The notes under the pieces: model-generated | What the model was told of the DNA's origin: nothing | What the model saw: the letters and a program-made list of their open reading frames with translations, nothing else | Database searches by the model: none | DNA from: Bifidobacteriaceae bacterium | GTDB taxonomy: Bacteria > Actinomycetota > Actinomycetes > Actinomycetales > WQXJ01 | Assembly: GCA_031267825.1 (NCBI GenBank) | Contig: JAIRYJ010000007.1 | Coordinates: forward strand, 1-64,000 | DNA: 64,000 nucleotides | Direction: 5' to 3' | Made by a program: the position numbers and the translations under genes | In this document: positions 17,801 through 30,019 of the stretch, piece by piece | Numbering within the stretch: position 1 is the stretch's first letter | How the letters are laid out: every line of letters begins with the position of its first letter

Positions 17801-18277
17801 CAGCTTGGTCAAGTGGTCGCGGCGGGCCACCGGGCTTTGGTGTTCTCGCAGTTCACCAGCTATTTGGCGTTGGTCAGGCAGCGTCTGGAGGAGGCGGGCT
17901 GGCAGTACGCCTACCTTGATGGGGCAACCACTAACCGAGCCACGGTGATCAGGGATTTCAAACGCGGCACGGCTCCGGTGTTCCTGATCTCACTCAAAGC
18001 CGGTGGCTTTGGTTTGAACCTCACCGAGGCGGATTACGTTTACCTGCTTGACCCGTGGTGGAACCCGGCGACTGAGAACCAAGCGATCGACCGGACCCAT
18101 CGGATCGGGCAAGAACGTCCCGTTATGGTTATCCGGCTGGTAGCGCAAGACACCATTGAAGACAAAGTCATGGCGCTCAAAGCTAAGAAACGCGCCCTGT
18201 TCGACGCCGTGATGGATCAATCCGGAGGGTTCGGTAGTGGCTTGACAGCGGAAGACATCAAAGCACTGGTCGGTTAG
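14882..18277 (+). CDS. SNF2-family DEAD/DEAH helicase with N-terminal SWIM zinc finger
   Basis: SWIM CxC...CxH (CDCPVRVACKHMVAL). SNF2_N motifs (LADDMGLGKTVQ, DEAQFVKN). C-terminal helicase motifs (LISLKAGGFGLNLT, QAIDRTHRIGQ). Confidence 0.85.
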   Translation: MSLVGYRLVDAVNLRHQVGYLTFQRGVLYADQGRVLDRTISYQRLGLRLSGSVRGSRPSPYECMVWLEARGQRTVVETNSSMCDCPVRVACKHMVALVLRANRLALRDGLVAEGWKGALSDLIEAGRRSDLPRRPEPVGLQFRLRRDDSRTDPVYHPETRPVRRGLRGGWIMHKDLMITFYQGQTCLALSSAQEHWFRDLMRTVSQPSLAGWTELPTVRTDHFWTLLRSAPDLGIQLVADDSKGRIELSDQIELVLNAVRQGEAVKLRTVPRVGGPDGEVLPGSRFGRIGDTGYLVLREAPQPKTLFLGPKPITSAALERRLLSLAPLRIPIAEFDTTLERQLTLLGRLVPVVSSDGSVDLPAPSLPELVLAVEPCPAGRSQPVAASLSWRWRYGAESAAHFFLPDADPPEPLSPPDRRPQVGQTQGEAEAWGELRDSVGERQIMDQVWAIRSRCATFADPSLQATELLEGLAVARFATSGLPELRLVPGVVVEGELPPTPELRDPPVVRLMVAPSGVGDWFDLTGMVLVGGQELAFQDLFAALAAGQSQLMAPNGAVVDLDQPPFRRLAGLIAEARGLSDARQGPRLARYQASLLGDLEELAAEFKGAEEWRAAMARLRRLAASGQMPGEEPLPVGLKAELRPYQQAGYDWLVFLWRHQLGGVLADDMGLGKTVQALAMMARATELMGRPAGGSGDKTTDEPSLVRLANGTASSTGRAPFLVVAPSSVVPGWLEEAARFTPNLRVASASSTRARGTGTMAELVAGADVVVTTYAVFRLDYEQFASQRWAGLVLDEAQFVKNQDAKANRLARSLEVPFKLAMTGTPMENSLDELRAIFEIAAPGLLGSRRQFQELYGKPVADGGEAGQQALGRLRQRVKPLLARRTKELVAKELPERQEQVFHVKLEPAQSRLYETYLQRERQRMLGLLEDREANQFAIFTSLTILRRAALDISLVDPESHGVPSSKLNVLMDQLGQVVAAGHRALVFSQFTSYLALVRQRLEEAGWQYAYLDGATTNRATVIRDFKRGTAPVFLISLKAGGFGLNLTEADYVYLLDPWWNPATENQAIDRTHRIGQERPVMVIRLVAQDTIEDKVMALKAKKRALFDAVMDQSGGFGSGLTAEDIKALVG

Positions 18278-18473
18278 GCGGGTGTTGACGGTTGGTTGGT
18301 GGACTGTTCGCCTACCCGTGGTGGACTGTTCGCGGGCTGGCGCTGGGATGGTGGTGTACCTAGGTGGCGGCTCAATCCGTCACAATGGATCCAGTACTCG
18401 TGTCGCGGCCGCGAACCAGTGGCCCCAGCGATCGTGTAGAGCCGGTAGACGAACCTTAGGAGGCGATGGGCCC

Positions 18474-18980
18474 TTGACTGCCTTTATCATCGTGGCCGCG
18501 GTTGGTTTGGTCATATTGCTGACGTCATTGCTGGTCGACGGGATTGGCGACGTACTTAATTTTGAGGGCGCTGGTGGAGTCATTTCAGGCGCCTCGATCG
18601 GCGGTCTGATCAGCGGCATTGGGTTTGGTGGCGTGCTCGGTTTGACACTAGCTTCGGCCGCTTGGGTGGTCGCTTTAGCCTCTATCGTGACCGGACTGTC
18701 GGTCGCCGCGGTGGCGGTCCTGCTCTACGCCCTGCTGCGGCGAGCCCAAGGCAATGAGGCTGACCTGGACCTGACCGGTGTGATCGGCGGAACCGCCACA
18801 GTACGAGGCGTCCTAGCGGAAGACGCCACCGGTGGCACTGTGGCGCTGGTTTATCTAGGTGCGCCACGGGTGATGCGATTCGTCGCCGACCAGGCCCTGG
18901 CCTCAGGTGACCAGGTGCGTGTCACCGCACTACTTGATCCCGATACAGTTCGGGTTGAATTGGCTGAACAGAGTTCTTAG
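18474..18980 (+). CDS. NfeD-family membrane protein (OB-fold C-terminus), partner of flotillin; start uncertain
   Basis: N-terminal TM segments (AFIIVAAVGLVILLTSLLV, GLTLASAAWVVALASIVTGL) then a soluble beta domain. Immediately upstream of an SPFH protein. The ORF-track start at 18282 is likely over-extended. Confidence 0.6.
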   Translation: MTAFIIVAAVGLVILLTSLLVDGIGDVLNFEGAGGVISGASIGGLISGIGFGGVLGLTLASAAWVVALASIVTGLSVAAVAVLLYALLRRAQGNEADLDLTGVIGGTATVRGVLAEDATGGTVALVYLGAPRVMRFVADQALASGDQVRVTALLDPDTVRVELAEQSS

Positions 18981-18992
18981 GAAGGTACTCGA

Positions 18993-20627
18993 ATGATCGA
19001 ACTGATTGAACGCAACGGAGCCGTCTTCGCAATCATCGGCATAGTGCTGGTGCTGCTGATAATTGTCTTCATCATCGCTGGGCGGTACCGCATCCCCAAA
19101 GCCAATGAGGCCCTGGTGATCACAGGAGCCTGGGGATCAGAAGGCGGAGTTAAGATCGCTCTTGGATCCGGTGCGTTTATTGTGCCGTTCATCCAGAAAT
19201 GCACTGTCATATCGCTTGAGGCGATGCGGATTGAGCTAGCCGTTTCTGGAGGCGTCTCAAAAGACAACATCAAAGTCCGGGTTGACGCTGTAGCCCAAGC
19301 CAAAGTTGATGGCACACCTGAAGGAGTCCGGGCCGCCGCTCAGCGCTTCCTTGACTCTGACACGGAAATCGCCAACAACATCCGTTCCATCCTGGCTGGC
19401 GCTTTACGTGGCGTGATCGGCAATATGACAGTTGAAGAGATGCTGCGTGACAGGGAAGGACTGGCCACCAAAATCAGGGCAGCGGCGATCGAAGCGCTCT
19501 CCGAATCAGGTTTACGGGTTGATACTTTGCAGATCAATGACATTGTGACTGACCCGGAGGACTACATCACCAACCTGGGACGGCCGCAGGTCGCTGAAAC
19601 CCGCCGCTTAGCGGAGATCGCTGAAGCCGACAATGAACGCCAATCAGCTGAGGCGCGAGCAACAGCCCGGGTCGCCATAGCTCAAGCCAACAAGGACGCG
19701 GCCCTGAAAGAAGCCGAATTCAAAGCCCAAACCGATGAGGCTCAAGCGGTCGCTAACGCCGTTGGACCTAAGACCAAAGCCTCCCAGGACGCCACCATCA
19801 CCCAAGCTGAGCAGGCTAACGCCGAACAGCAAGTCCAGTTAGCCAAACTACGGCTTGACGCCGATGTCCGGGCCAAGGCCGACGCTGACCTTTATGAAGC
19901 GCAGAAGCGAGCCGATGCGGCGCTTTACACCGCGGAACAAGACGCCAAAGCCCAATCAGCCGTCATCAAGCAGCAAGGCCAGGGCCGGGCGGAAGCCACC
20001 AGGGCGGAAGGTTTGGCTGAAGCTGACGCCACCAAAGCGCGCGGCCAAGCTGAGGCTGAAATCACAAAGGCTCGTGGTGAAGCTGTGGCTGATGTGACGC
20101 GGGCCCGTGGCGAAGCCGAAGCGGACGCCCAAGCCGCCATGGCTCAGCGCCAAGGCCAAGGCCAAGCTGAAGCCATCAGGGCGCAGGGTTTGGCTCAGGC
20201 TGAAGCCATCCTGGCTCAAGGCAAAGCTGAAGCCGAAGTCAAAGAACTCTTAGCGGCGGCCTACGAAAAGTATGGTCAGCAAGCTGTGATTGACCGCATC
20301 TTGGCGGCACTGCCAGACATGCTGGCCTCCGCCGCCCGGCCGATCGGTGACATCGACAACCTGACGGTGATCGGTGGACCTGACAGCGCCAGTGGGGTAA
20401 CCAAACTGGCGACCAAACTGCTGACCGAACTGCCCGCTGTGGTTCAAGCCGCCACCGGCCTTGACCTGACAGCCTGGCTGACATCTTTCATGAGCCAACC
20501 GCCAACCGCCAGTCCAGTTATTGAACCCGATGATGAACCCATCCCCGGACCCAAAGCCAAGTCCGCCCGGTGGGCCGCGCGACAGGCGGCGGCTGAAGAG
20601 GATCAAGAACCGGCCGACGCCAGCTAA
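18993..20627 (+). CDS. SPFH/band-7 flotillin-like protein (YqiK/FloT-like) with Ala/Glu-rich coiled-coil repeats
   Basis: N-terminal TM, SPFH domain, then repeated KARGEAEA.../AQGKAEAE segments typical of flotillins. RBS GGAAGG. Confidence 0.8.
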   Translation: MIELIERNGAVFAIIGIVLVLLIIVFIIAGRYRIPKANEALVITGAWGSEGGVKIALGSGAFIVPFIQKCTVISLEAMRIELAVSGGVSKDNIKVRVDAVAQAKVDGTPEGVRAAAQRFLDSDTEIANNIRSILAGALRGVIGNMTVEEMLRDREGLATKIRAAAIEALSESGLRVDTLQINDIVTDPEDYITNLGRPQVAETRRLAEIAEADNERQSAEARATARVAIAQANKDAALKEAEFKAQTDEAQAVANAVGPKTKASQDATITQAEQANAEQQVQLAKLRLDADVRAKADADLYEAQKRADAALYTAEQDAKAQSAVIKQQGQGRAEATRAEGLAEADATKARGQAEAEITKARGEAVADVTRARGEAEADAQAAMAQRQGQGQAEAIRAQGLAQAEAILAQGKAEAEVKELLAAAYEKYGQQAVIDRILAALPDMLASAARPIGDIDNLTVIGGPDSASGVTKLATKLLTELPAVVQAATGLDLTAWLTSFMSQPPTASPVIEPDDEPIPGPKAKSARWAARQAAAEEDQEPADAS

Positions 20628-20676
20628 TGTGCCAAGCGGCATAGCAACACTTCAGCGGAGCGAAAGGAGGCCGGGT

Positions 20677-23042
<2,366 letters not shown>

Positions 23043-23048
23043 AACCCA

Positions 23049-23069
23049 CCAGCGATTGACTATCGCTGG
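23049..23069. terminator. Bidirectional hairpin between convergent asd and glycosidase genes
   Basis: CCAGCGAT-tgact-ATCGCTGG perfect 8-bp stem. Confidence 0.5.
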
Positions 23070-24563
23070 TCAATCGTTCGAGCTAAGAACCCCAAGATCA
23101 GGACGTGTCACGGTGTTCCCATCGGTTGTCAGGGTCAAGCCGTCCGGTGGATGCCACCGGATAGTCACAGACTTACCCGCCAGTTTCAGGCCATCAGCCT
23201 CGAACCAACCCAACTGGCTGGCCGCGGGCATTGGGTCTAGGCTGACCGCGCCGTCCTGGCCGGTTGATATGCCCAACAGACCGGACAGAACCAGGTCAGC
23301 GAAGGTTGAATGGTTGTAATCCTTTCCGATTAAGGCCTTGTCTGGGTCAAATTGGCGCCGTAACGTCCGGGCGATCCATTGGCCGGTGTCAGGATCGAGT
23401 TGTTCGTCGAGCCAGTAGGTGCCATCCGACTCGATATGCGATGCCGCGTACTGCCGCAGTAACCGCAGAAACAGAGAACCATATTGGGGACGGTTCCGCT
23501 GGCGAACGGTCGCGGCTAAGGCGGTCAAGGTCTGGCTGGTGGCGAACGGCCAGGATGGTCCATTCCAGCGGCAAATGAAGGTCAAGGGATCTGGCGAATC
23601 AATCGGGAAGCCGTACCGTGGGTGGCGCCTCTCGGCGGTGCGGAGACCAAAAGGACCGCCGAATCCCATCGGGTCAGACAGCTCCGCGACCGCTGGATCT
23701 GGGTCGATCTCCTCGCTTGGCAGCCCGAAGCACCAAGGAACAAAGCCGATCAGTTCACGGACACGTCGGCCTGGTTGGACCGATCCAAGGCGGCTCAAAG
23801 GGGTGGCTCGATACTCAGCAGGCAGCCTGCGGCCCGTCCCGGCGCTGGCGCGGTATTCGTCAAAGCTGTCTGGCGACATTGGGATGGTCACATAAAACTG
23901 GCTTCGCGGGTCGAACAGCCACTGGTTGATGAGGTGGCGGAGTTCATCATGTAACGCCGTGAACCGAACACTGATGTCGTCAGCGCCAGTTCTGCGCGCC
24001 AGATCGGCAATGGCGGCAGCGTTAGCGCATTGGTAGGAGTTGATCGTGGGTCTCAAGCCATCGCCACTGATTGAGCACTCCATCGCATCCGCCAGGTCGT
24101 GTACCCAATACAGACCCGAGGCGTGTTGGCTGTCCTTCTGCCAGGCCTCAAAGTTGGTGACCATGCCAGGCAAACTTTCAGACACAGACGCCCATTCGCC
24201 TTGTAGACGGGCGAATTCACACCCAGCCCAAGCGATCCACTCCGAATAGCGGTGAGGCTCAGCCTCAGGCGCGGTGTACCAAAACCGAATGTAATCCCGG
24301 ATGATGTCCGTTCGGCTAAGCCACCGGCCTTCCATGATGTGATGCCCGGCGGAGCCGTTGATGGTGCCGTAGGCCCGGCCGGGCCCCGGTTGAAGGAACT
24401 CAGTCACAACCCAGCCGTGTGGCGTCCGGGCGATGTGACGCGAGAAGGTTTCCCAACGCTTGCGGAAGACCTCAGTCAGGATGTCGTCCCCGCAACGGAA
24501 AGAGGGCGCGGCGTCCAGAACAACCTCAGGGTTGGCCTGTTCGGCGGGCGGCCATGATGTCAT
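23070..24563 (-). CDS. Six-hairpin (alpha/alpha)6 glycoside hydrolase-like protein (GH63/GH37/GDE_C-like); substrate unknown
   Basis: 497-aa ORF with the Trp/aromatic-rich composition typical of (alpha/alpha)6 glycosidases. Family assignment is inference only. Confidence 0.45.
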   Translation of the reverse strand: MTSWPPAEQANPEVVLDAAPSFRCGDDILTEVFRKRWETFSRHIARTPHGWVVTEFLQPGPGRAYGTINGSAGHHIMEGRWLSRTDIIRDYIRFWYTAPEAEPHRYSEWIAWAGCEFARLQGEWASVSESLPGMVTNFEAWQKDSQHASGLYWVHDLADAMECSISGDGLRPTINSYQCANAAAIADLARRTGADDISVRFTALHDELRHLINQWLFDPRSQFYVTIPMSPDSFDEYRASAGTGRRLPAEYRATPLSRLGSVQPGRRVRELIGFVPWCFGLPSEEIDPDPAVAELSDPMGFGGPFGLRTAERRHPRYGFPIDSPDPLTFICRWNGPSWPFATSQTLTALAATVRQRNRPQYGSLFLRLLRQYAASHIESDGTYWLDEQLDPDTGQWIARTLRRQFDPDKALIGKDYNHSTFADLVLSGLLGISTGQDGAVSLDPMPAASQLGWFEADGLKLAGKSVTIRWHPPDGLTLTTDGNTVTRPDLGVLSSND

Positions 24564-24730
24564 TGATCTTTTGCTCCCAAGTGGTGTTGTTATTAGTCGC
24601 CCGTTCTTCGGTCGGGACTTGCCACAGGTAAGGCTTCGCCTGGTGAGTCTTACCCCGCCGGGATCGCGTTTTCGCAGGTCACACGGCCGCGTGACCGTTT
24701 CGCGGTCCCGGCGGGACCAGACTGATGGCC

Positions 24731-26224
24731 TTATCCGAAGCTCACCGGCGCTAAGTTGGGTTGCAGCAACGGATCTGGCACGAACCCCTTAGCGTTCGCG
24801 TTCCAGGCGTAGGTTGTGCGGACCAGCATGGGGAACATACCGATTGCCTCGTCCCAGACGATCGCTCCCGCCTCGGCGTAAAGCTCCGCCCGCCGCGACT
24901 GGTCAGCTGTGCCAGCGGCGTCAGCCAGGAGCGCGTCAAGATCAGGGTTGCAATAACCGTTACGATCGGCAGCGCATGGGTAAAGACGGCCGGTGTTTTG
25001 CGCCGCGTCGTAAGCGGCGGTGCCGATCTGCTGGAAGTTAATATCCCAGTTGAACCCGTTGAAGTCTTCAAGCCAAGTGGCGGCCTCCTTTTGGACTGGT
25101 TCAAGGGTGACTCCGATTTCCGCCAGATCCGAGGCCATAGCCGCTAGGAACTGGGTGTATTCGGGTTCCTTGTACTGAATTTGGAGAGTCTGGCCAAAAT
25201 CAAATCCAGACGCTTCAAGTGCCGCCCGGGCCGCCGCCGGATCGTATTTCTTCGCCTGGTTGGCGCTGTAACCGAAGACGTTTGGTGAAATGTTAGACAG
25301 CGACGGAGTTCCGGATTCTGGGAACAGAGTGGCGATGATGCTGTCGAAATCGATCGCCTGCCAGATGGCGTTCCGCACCGCGGCGTCTTGGAAGGCTGGA
25401 CGTTTGTGGTTGAACCACATTGTCACTACAAGTGTTGTGTCAACCTGCTCGACTCGCAGTTCATCATTACCTGTCAACGCCGCGACCTGATCGTCCGGGA
25501 TTCCCCAAGTCGCGTCGATTTCACCGGTTTGTAAGGCGGTCAAACGGGTTGATATTTCCGGAATCCAGCGGAAGTTAACCTCGCCGATCTTCGGGACCGC
25601 GCCATAGTAGGTTTCGTTCGGGACAAGTGTGAGTGACTCGCTTGGCAGTAGTTCCTTAACAACGAACGGACCGCTGCCGACCGGCTTGGTGAATGATTCT
25701 TCAGTGACATCAGCCTTCGTCACGAAGAGCAAAGCGACCTGCCCTAGAAGAATCAGGCCGTCTTTCTTGAGGATCACGGTGTACTGATCGGGTGCCTCAA
25801 TGGTGGTTCCGGCGAAGTTTCCGGAGGCCGGGCCTTGCAGCTCAACGAGCCGCTCAAGGGAGGCCACGACTTCGGCTGAGGTAACAGGTGTGCCATCGCT
25901 GAAGACAGCGTCTTGACGCAGGTGGAAGGTGTACTGGGTGCCGGATTCGTTCGGTTCCCAGCTTTCGGCGAGATCCGGCCGCATCTGGCCGTTCTCGTCC
26001 GGCGCGATCAGTCGGCTGTAGATCATCATCGATGGGTGAGTGGTACCAATGCCGCCACTGTTCGCGCCATGAGGATCAAGCGATTCCGTCGCGTACTGCG
26101 GTGCGACAACAAAGGTGTCTTTGGGTTCGGGGCTGTCGGTCGGTGCCGTGGTGGGTGTGCTACAGGCAGCCAAGGTTAGGGCCGTTGCGAAGACGGCAAC
26201 TAGTGGGATTGGTTTCTTCTTCAT
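24731..26224 (-). CDS. ABC transporter substrate-binding lipoprotein, peptide/nickel/opine (family 5) type
   Basis: Lipoprotein signal MKKKPIPLVAVFATALTLAAC. Size and architecture of SBP family 5. Confidence 0.8.
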   Translation of the reverse strand: MKKKPIPLVAVFATALTLAACSTPTTAPTDSPEPKDTFVVAPQYATESLDPHGANSGGIGTTHPSMMIYSRLIAPDENGQMRPDLAESWEPNESGTQYTFHLRQDAVFSDGTPVTSAEVVASLERLVELQGPASGNFAGTTIEAPDQYTVILKKDGLILLGQVALLFVTKADVTEESFTKPVGSGPFVVKELLPSESLTLVPNETYYGAVPKIGEVNFRWIPEISTRLTALQTGEIDATWGIPDDQVAALTGNDELRVEQVDTTLVVTMWFNHKRPAFQDAAVRNAIWQAIDFDSIIATLFPESGTPSLSNISPNVFGYSANQAKKYDPAAARAALEASGFDFGQTLQIQYKEPEYTQFLAAMASDLAEIGVTLEPVQKEAATWLEDFNGFNWDINFQQIGTAAYDAAQNTGRLYPCAADRNGYCNPDLDALLADAAGTADQSRRAELYAEAGAIVWDEAIGMFPMLVRTTYAWNANAKGFVPDPLLQPNLAPVSFG

Positions 26225-26233
26225 GTGGTACTC

Positions 26234-27109
26234 CTACTCTTCGTTGAATCGGGGCCGGCGCGAACGGTGTTGGCGCGGCGTCTCGGCGGATCTTTGTTCC
26301 GAGAGTTCTTGGGACCCGGCGCGGCCTGGGCCATCGGCCGGGGCGAGGTCGAGGGCGGCATCCAGTAGGTCCTGGGAATAGGGATGTGATGGTGCGGTGA
26401 AAACTTGTTCTGTTGGGCCCTGTTCAACGATTCGGCCATCTTCCATCACCGCTACTGAGTCGGCGATCTGGCGGACGACGCCGAGATCGTGAGTGATGAA
26501 TAGCAGTGCGATTTCCAATTCGGCCTTCAAATCGATCAAGAGATGCAATATTTGCGCCTGAACCGAGACATCCAAAGCTGAGACCGCCTCGTCACAGACC
26601 AACAGGCGAGGCCGCAGAGCGATCGCCCGCGCGATTGAGACGCGCTGGCACTGCCCACCAGATAGCTGGGCTGGCCTACTTGAAAGCAGCCCTTCCGTCA
26701 GGCCAACCCGCTCTAGCAGCGTGACCAATGCTTGGCGCCGATCTCCCGCGGGCGCCACCTCAGGATGCACCGCCCATCCTTCGTTGAGCACGTCACCGAC
26801 CAGCATCCGGGGATTGAGTGATGACCGTGGATCCTGAAAGACCATCGGGATTTGGCGACGCAAAGCTCGGGTCCGCCTAGTTTGGAGCGGTTCGCCAGCG
26901 GAGCCAAACAGCAGTTGTCCTTCGGCCCGCACCAGTCCCACAACAGCCCGGGCAACTGTCGTCTTACCTGAGCCGGATTCTCCAACCAAAGCCAAGGTTT
27001 GACCGGAATCAATAGTGAAGGAGACGTCTTTAACGACACGGTTGTCACGCCGCCGACGCCGCACGTAAGACACGTTCAAGTCGCGGGCTTCGAGCACAAT
27101 CTCAGGCAT
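26234..27109 (-). CDS. ABC transporter ATP-binding protein (DppF/OppF-like)
   Basis: Walker A GESGSGKT, signature LSGGQ, Walker B LLVCDE. Start ATG at 27109 after GGAGGTG. ATGCCTGA overlap with the upstream gene. Confidence 0.85.
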   Translation of the reverse strand: MPEIVLEARDLNVSYVRRRRRDNRVVKDVSFTIDSGQTLALVGESGSGKTTVARAVVGLVRAEGQLLFGSAGEPLQTRRTRALRRQIPMVFQDPRSSLNPRMLVGDVLNEGWAVHPEVAPAGDRRQALVTLLERVGLTEGLLSSRPAQLSGGQCQRVSIARAIALRPRLLVCDEAVSALDVSVQAQILHLLIDLKAELEIALLFITHDLGVVRQIADSVAVMEDGRIVEQGPTEQVFTAPSHPYSQDLLDAALDLAPADGPGRAGSQELSEQRSAETPRQHRSRRPRFNEE

Positions 27110-28080
27110 TGGCCACCTCCGCGGCGAAATGACAAGCGGCACGCCTGCCAGGGGCGGTGTCCCTCAGCGGCGGGACTTCCACGGCGCATCGCTCCTGTGC
27201 CAGCGGACAACGTGGATGGAAGGCGCAGCCGCTTGGCCGGTCAGCCGGATTGGCCGCGGCACCCTGGATTGGCTGCGCGATCAGCGATGCGGTATGAACC
27301 GATGGGACGCTCAGCGCCAAAGCCCGGGTGTATGGATGACAAGGATGTGTCAGCACCTCGCGGGCGGGGCCGGATTCGGCGACTCTTCCGGCGTAGAGGA
27401 CTACCACGTCGTCCGCCACATGCGAGACAACGCGCAGGTCATGGCTGATGAAAAGCATGCCGAGACCAAACTGGCGCTGTAGACCAGCTAGTAGGTCAAG
27501 GATCCGTTTCTGGACTGTCACATCCAGAGCGGTGGTTGGTTCATCCGCGACCAACAGGCGCGGCTCACCGGACAGCGCCATCGCTATCATGGCGCGTTGG
27601 CGAAGCCCACCCGAAAGCTGATGCGGGTAGGCCCGGGCACGTTCCTCAGGCCGCGGGATACCAGCGCGTTCGAGCAGTCCACGCACGGTTTGGCGCAATT
27701 CAGCGCGGCGCAGGCCGTGGCGGCGCGGGATCTCCGCGACTTGACGCCCGATGCGTTGGCTGGGGTTCAGCGCGGCCAACGGATCTTGGAAGATCATCGC
27801 TATACCGCGCCCGCGCAGCGCGCGGCGCTGGGACTCCGGTAACTCAAGCAGTGCCCTGCCTTCGAAGAGCAGTTCACCTTGAGTCCGCATTGTTTCAGGC
27901 AGCAAGCCGATCACCGCGTTCCCAATGACGGTCTTACCGCTACCCGATTCGCCGATTAGGGCGGTCGCCCGGCCAGATTGAACGGTTAGGTCAACGCCGT
28001 CGATGATTCGCGCGGGGTGAGGACCAGTCAGGTCAACTGTGATGCCGCGCAGGCTCAGTAGAGGTTCAGCCTTAGTCACC
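27102..28080 (-). CDS. ABC transporter ATP-binding protein (DppD/OppD-like)
   Basis: GESGSGKT, LSGGLRQR, LLVADEPT. GTG start at 28080 overlapping the permease stop (GTGA). Confidence 0.85.
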
Positions 28081-28967
28081 GCGAACCGCCTCGCTGATAG
28101 CGGCTGTTCAGTTGATCTCCCAGCAGCCCCACCATGATCACAAGCAGGGCCAGGGCGATCCCAGGAAAGGCTGAGATCCACCAAGCTGTCGCCAGATATT
28201 CCTTGCCTGAGGCGATTGACTGTCCCCATGACACGGTACTGGCGGGCAAGCCGATCCCTAGGAAGCTGAGTCCGGCCTCACCGAGGATGATGAGACCGAA
28301 TTCGAGCGCTATCAGTGCGACCATCGGCCCGGCTAAGAACGGCAGGACGTGCCGGACAAGGACAGACCGGGCTGGTACGCCCATCACGCGGGCAGCCGCG
28401 ACCCACTCTCGTTCCTTGGTTGACATGGTGGCACTGCGGCTGAGACGGGCGAAAGAAACCCAGCCGCTGAGAGACAACGCGACCACCACAACACCCAGTC
28501 CCCGTGGGAACAGCCCTGCCACCACTATTGCCAGGACGATGCTTGGAAAAGCGATCAAGATGTCAATTACACGGCTCAGTGCCAGATCAGCTAAGCCACC
28601 AAAGTAGCCCGCCGGCAGCCCAATGATGAGCCCAACAAGCGCACACAAGGACACCGTTAGGCTGCCGATCAGCACTGATGTGCGCGTCCCAGCCACGATC
28701 TGGCCGAACATGTCCCGGCCGGTAGCGTCAGTGCCAAGCCAGGCGATGCTGCCAGAAGATGTCTCACAGCCGGGACATAACAAGCGATCGGTCAGGTTGG
28801 TGGCGACCGGATCATAAGGCGCTATGACTGGACCGAAGAGCGCGACCAGCAGATATATCGCAACAATCATCCCCGGCACGGCAACGGTCCACTTCTTGAA
28901 TACTCGGGTCGCGGTTCGTGGGGTGCCACGCTGGACAGCTTTTCCGGTGTTACCAGGGAACCTCATG
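28076..28967 (-). CDS. ABC transporter permease (DppC/OppC-like)
   Basis: Multi-TM protein with the EAA-like region of binding-protein-dependent permeases. ATGA overlap with the upstream permease. Confidence 0.85.
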
Positions 28968-29892
28968 ACACACCACCGGTCCGGATACGCGGATCGAGCC
29001 AAGCGTTAGCGATGTCTGTGATCAGAGTCAACGCCAGCACAAAGAGAGCGATTATGAGCACCGCCGCCTGCACCACGGCGTAGTCCCGGTTGGCCACTGA
29101 CCCGACAATCAGTGTTCCCAGGCCCGGCCAGGCGAAGACGTTCTCGACTACCACCGCGCCGCCGATCATCGTTCCGATCTGCAAGCCGATTATGGTCACG
29201 ACTGGTCCCACAGCGTTACGGAAAGCATGGCCGCGCAACGCTTGACCGCTAGTGAGCCCCTTGGACAGGGCGGTCTGGATGTACGGTTCACGCATCGCCT
29301 CAGTGAAGGTGGCGCGGGATATTCGGGCGATTATGGCGACGAATGGAAGAGCCAAGGTTACGGCTGGGAGAACCAAGTTACGCAGCGACCCGGCCCCATA
29401 ACTAGGCAGAATCCGCAAACGCAGGGAGAAAAGCAATATCAGCATGATTCCGACCCAGAAAGTGGGCATCCCCTGGAAACAGATCGAAATCACGGAGAAC
29501 ACCCGGTCAAGCACACCGTCTGGGCGGCGAGAACCGGCCAGACTGAGGCTCAACCCGACAATCACAGCGATGGTGGCTGATGACAGAGTTAGCTGCATGG
29601 TGGCTGGCAAGCGAGACAACACTAGGTCAAGGGCGGATAGGTTACTTCTGGCTGATACCCCAAAATCGAGGGTTAGCAATTGTCCAAGGTAAGACAAGTA
29701 CTGCAACGCCACAGGGCGGTCCAGCCCGAGGCGTCCACGCAGGGCCTCGATTTCTTCGAGGGTGGCGTCAGGTCCGAGCATGGTCGCCGCGGGGTCACCT
29801 GGGGCGACTCGGATGAGGAAGAACATGAGCGTAACCGCACCCCACAACACAAAAATGCCCAGAGCGAGACGTCGCGCGATCATCCCTGCCAT
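28963..29892 (-). CDS. ABC transporter permease (DppB/OppB-like)
   Basis: Multi-TM permease. First of the four transporter genes on the minus strand. Confidence 0.85.
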   Translation of the reverse strand: MAGMIARRLALGIFVLWGAVTLMFFLIRVAPGDPAATMLGPDATLEEIEALRGRLGLDRPVALQYLSYLGQLLTLDFGVSARSNLSALDLVLSRLPATMQLTLSSATIAVIVGLSLSLAGSRRPDGVLDRVFSVISICFQGMPTFWVGIMLILLFSLRLRILPSYGAGSLRNLVLPAVTLALPFVAIIARISRATFTEAMREPYIQTALSKGLTSGQALRGHAFRNAVGPVVTIIGLQIGTMIGGAVVVENVFAWPGLGTLIVGSVANRDYAVVQAAVLIIALFVLALTLITDIANAWLDPRIRTGGVS

Positions 29893-30019
29893 GGACCCAA
29901 CCTTGGATTAGCTGGAACTGGGGCGGACGGCATCGTCCAAGGCGTGTCTGCCCGGAAAGCGCCTGTTGGTCGCCTGACTCCTGCCGGTGTCGACGGACTT
30001 GGTTTCATTCCGCCAACCG

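Noticed and set aside
18282-18473. N-terminal extension of the NfeD ORF (MLTVGWWTVRLPVVDCSRAG...)
   Set aside because: Composition is Arg/Gly-rich with no signal or TM. The TM core of NfeD begins at the in-frame TTG 18474. The alternative ATG at 18466 is out of frame.
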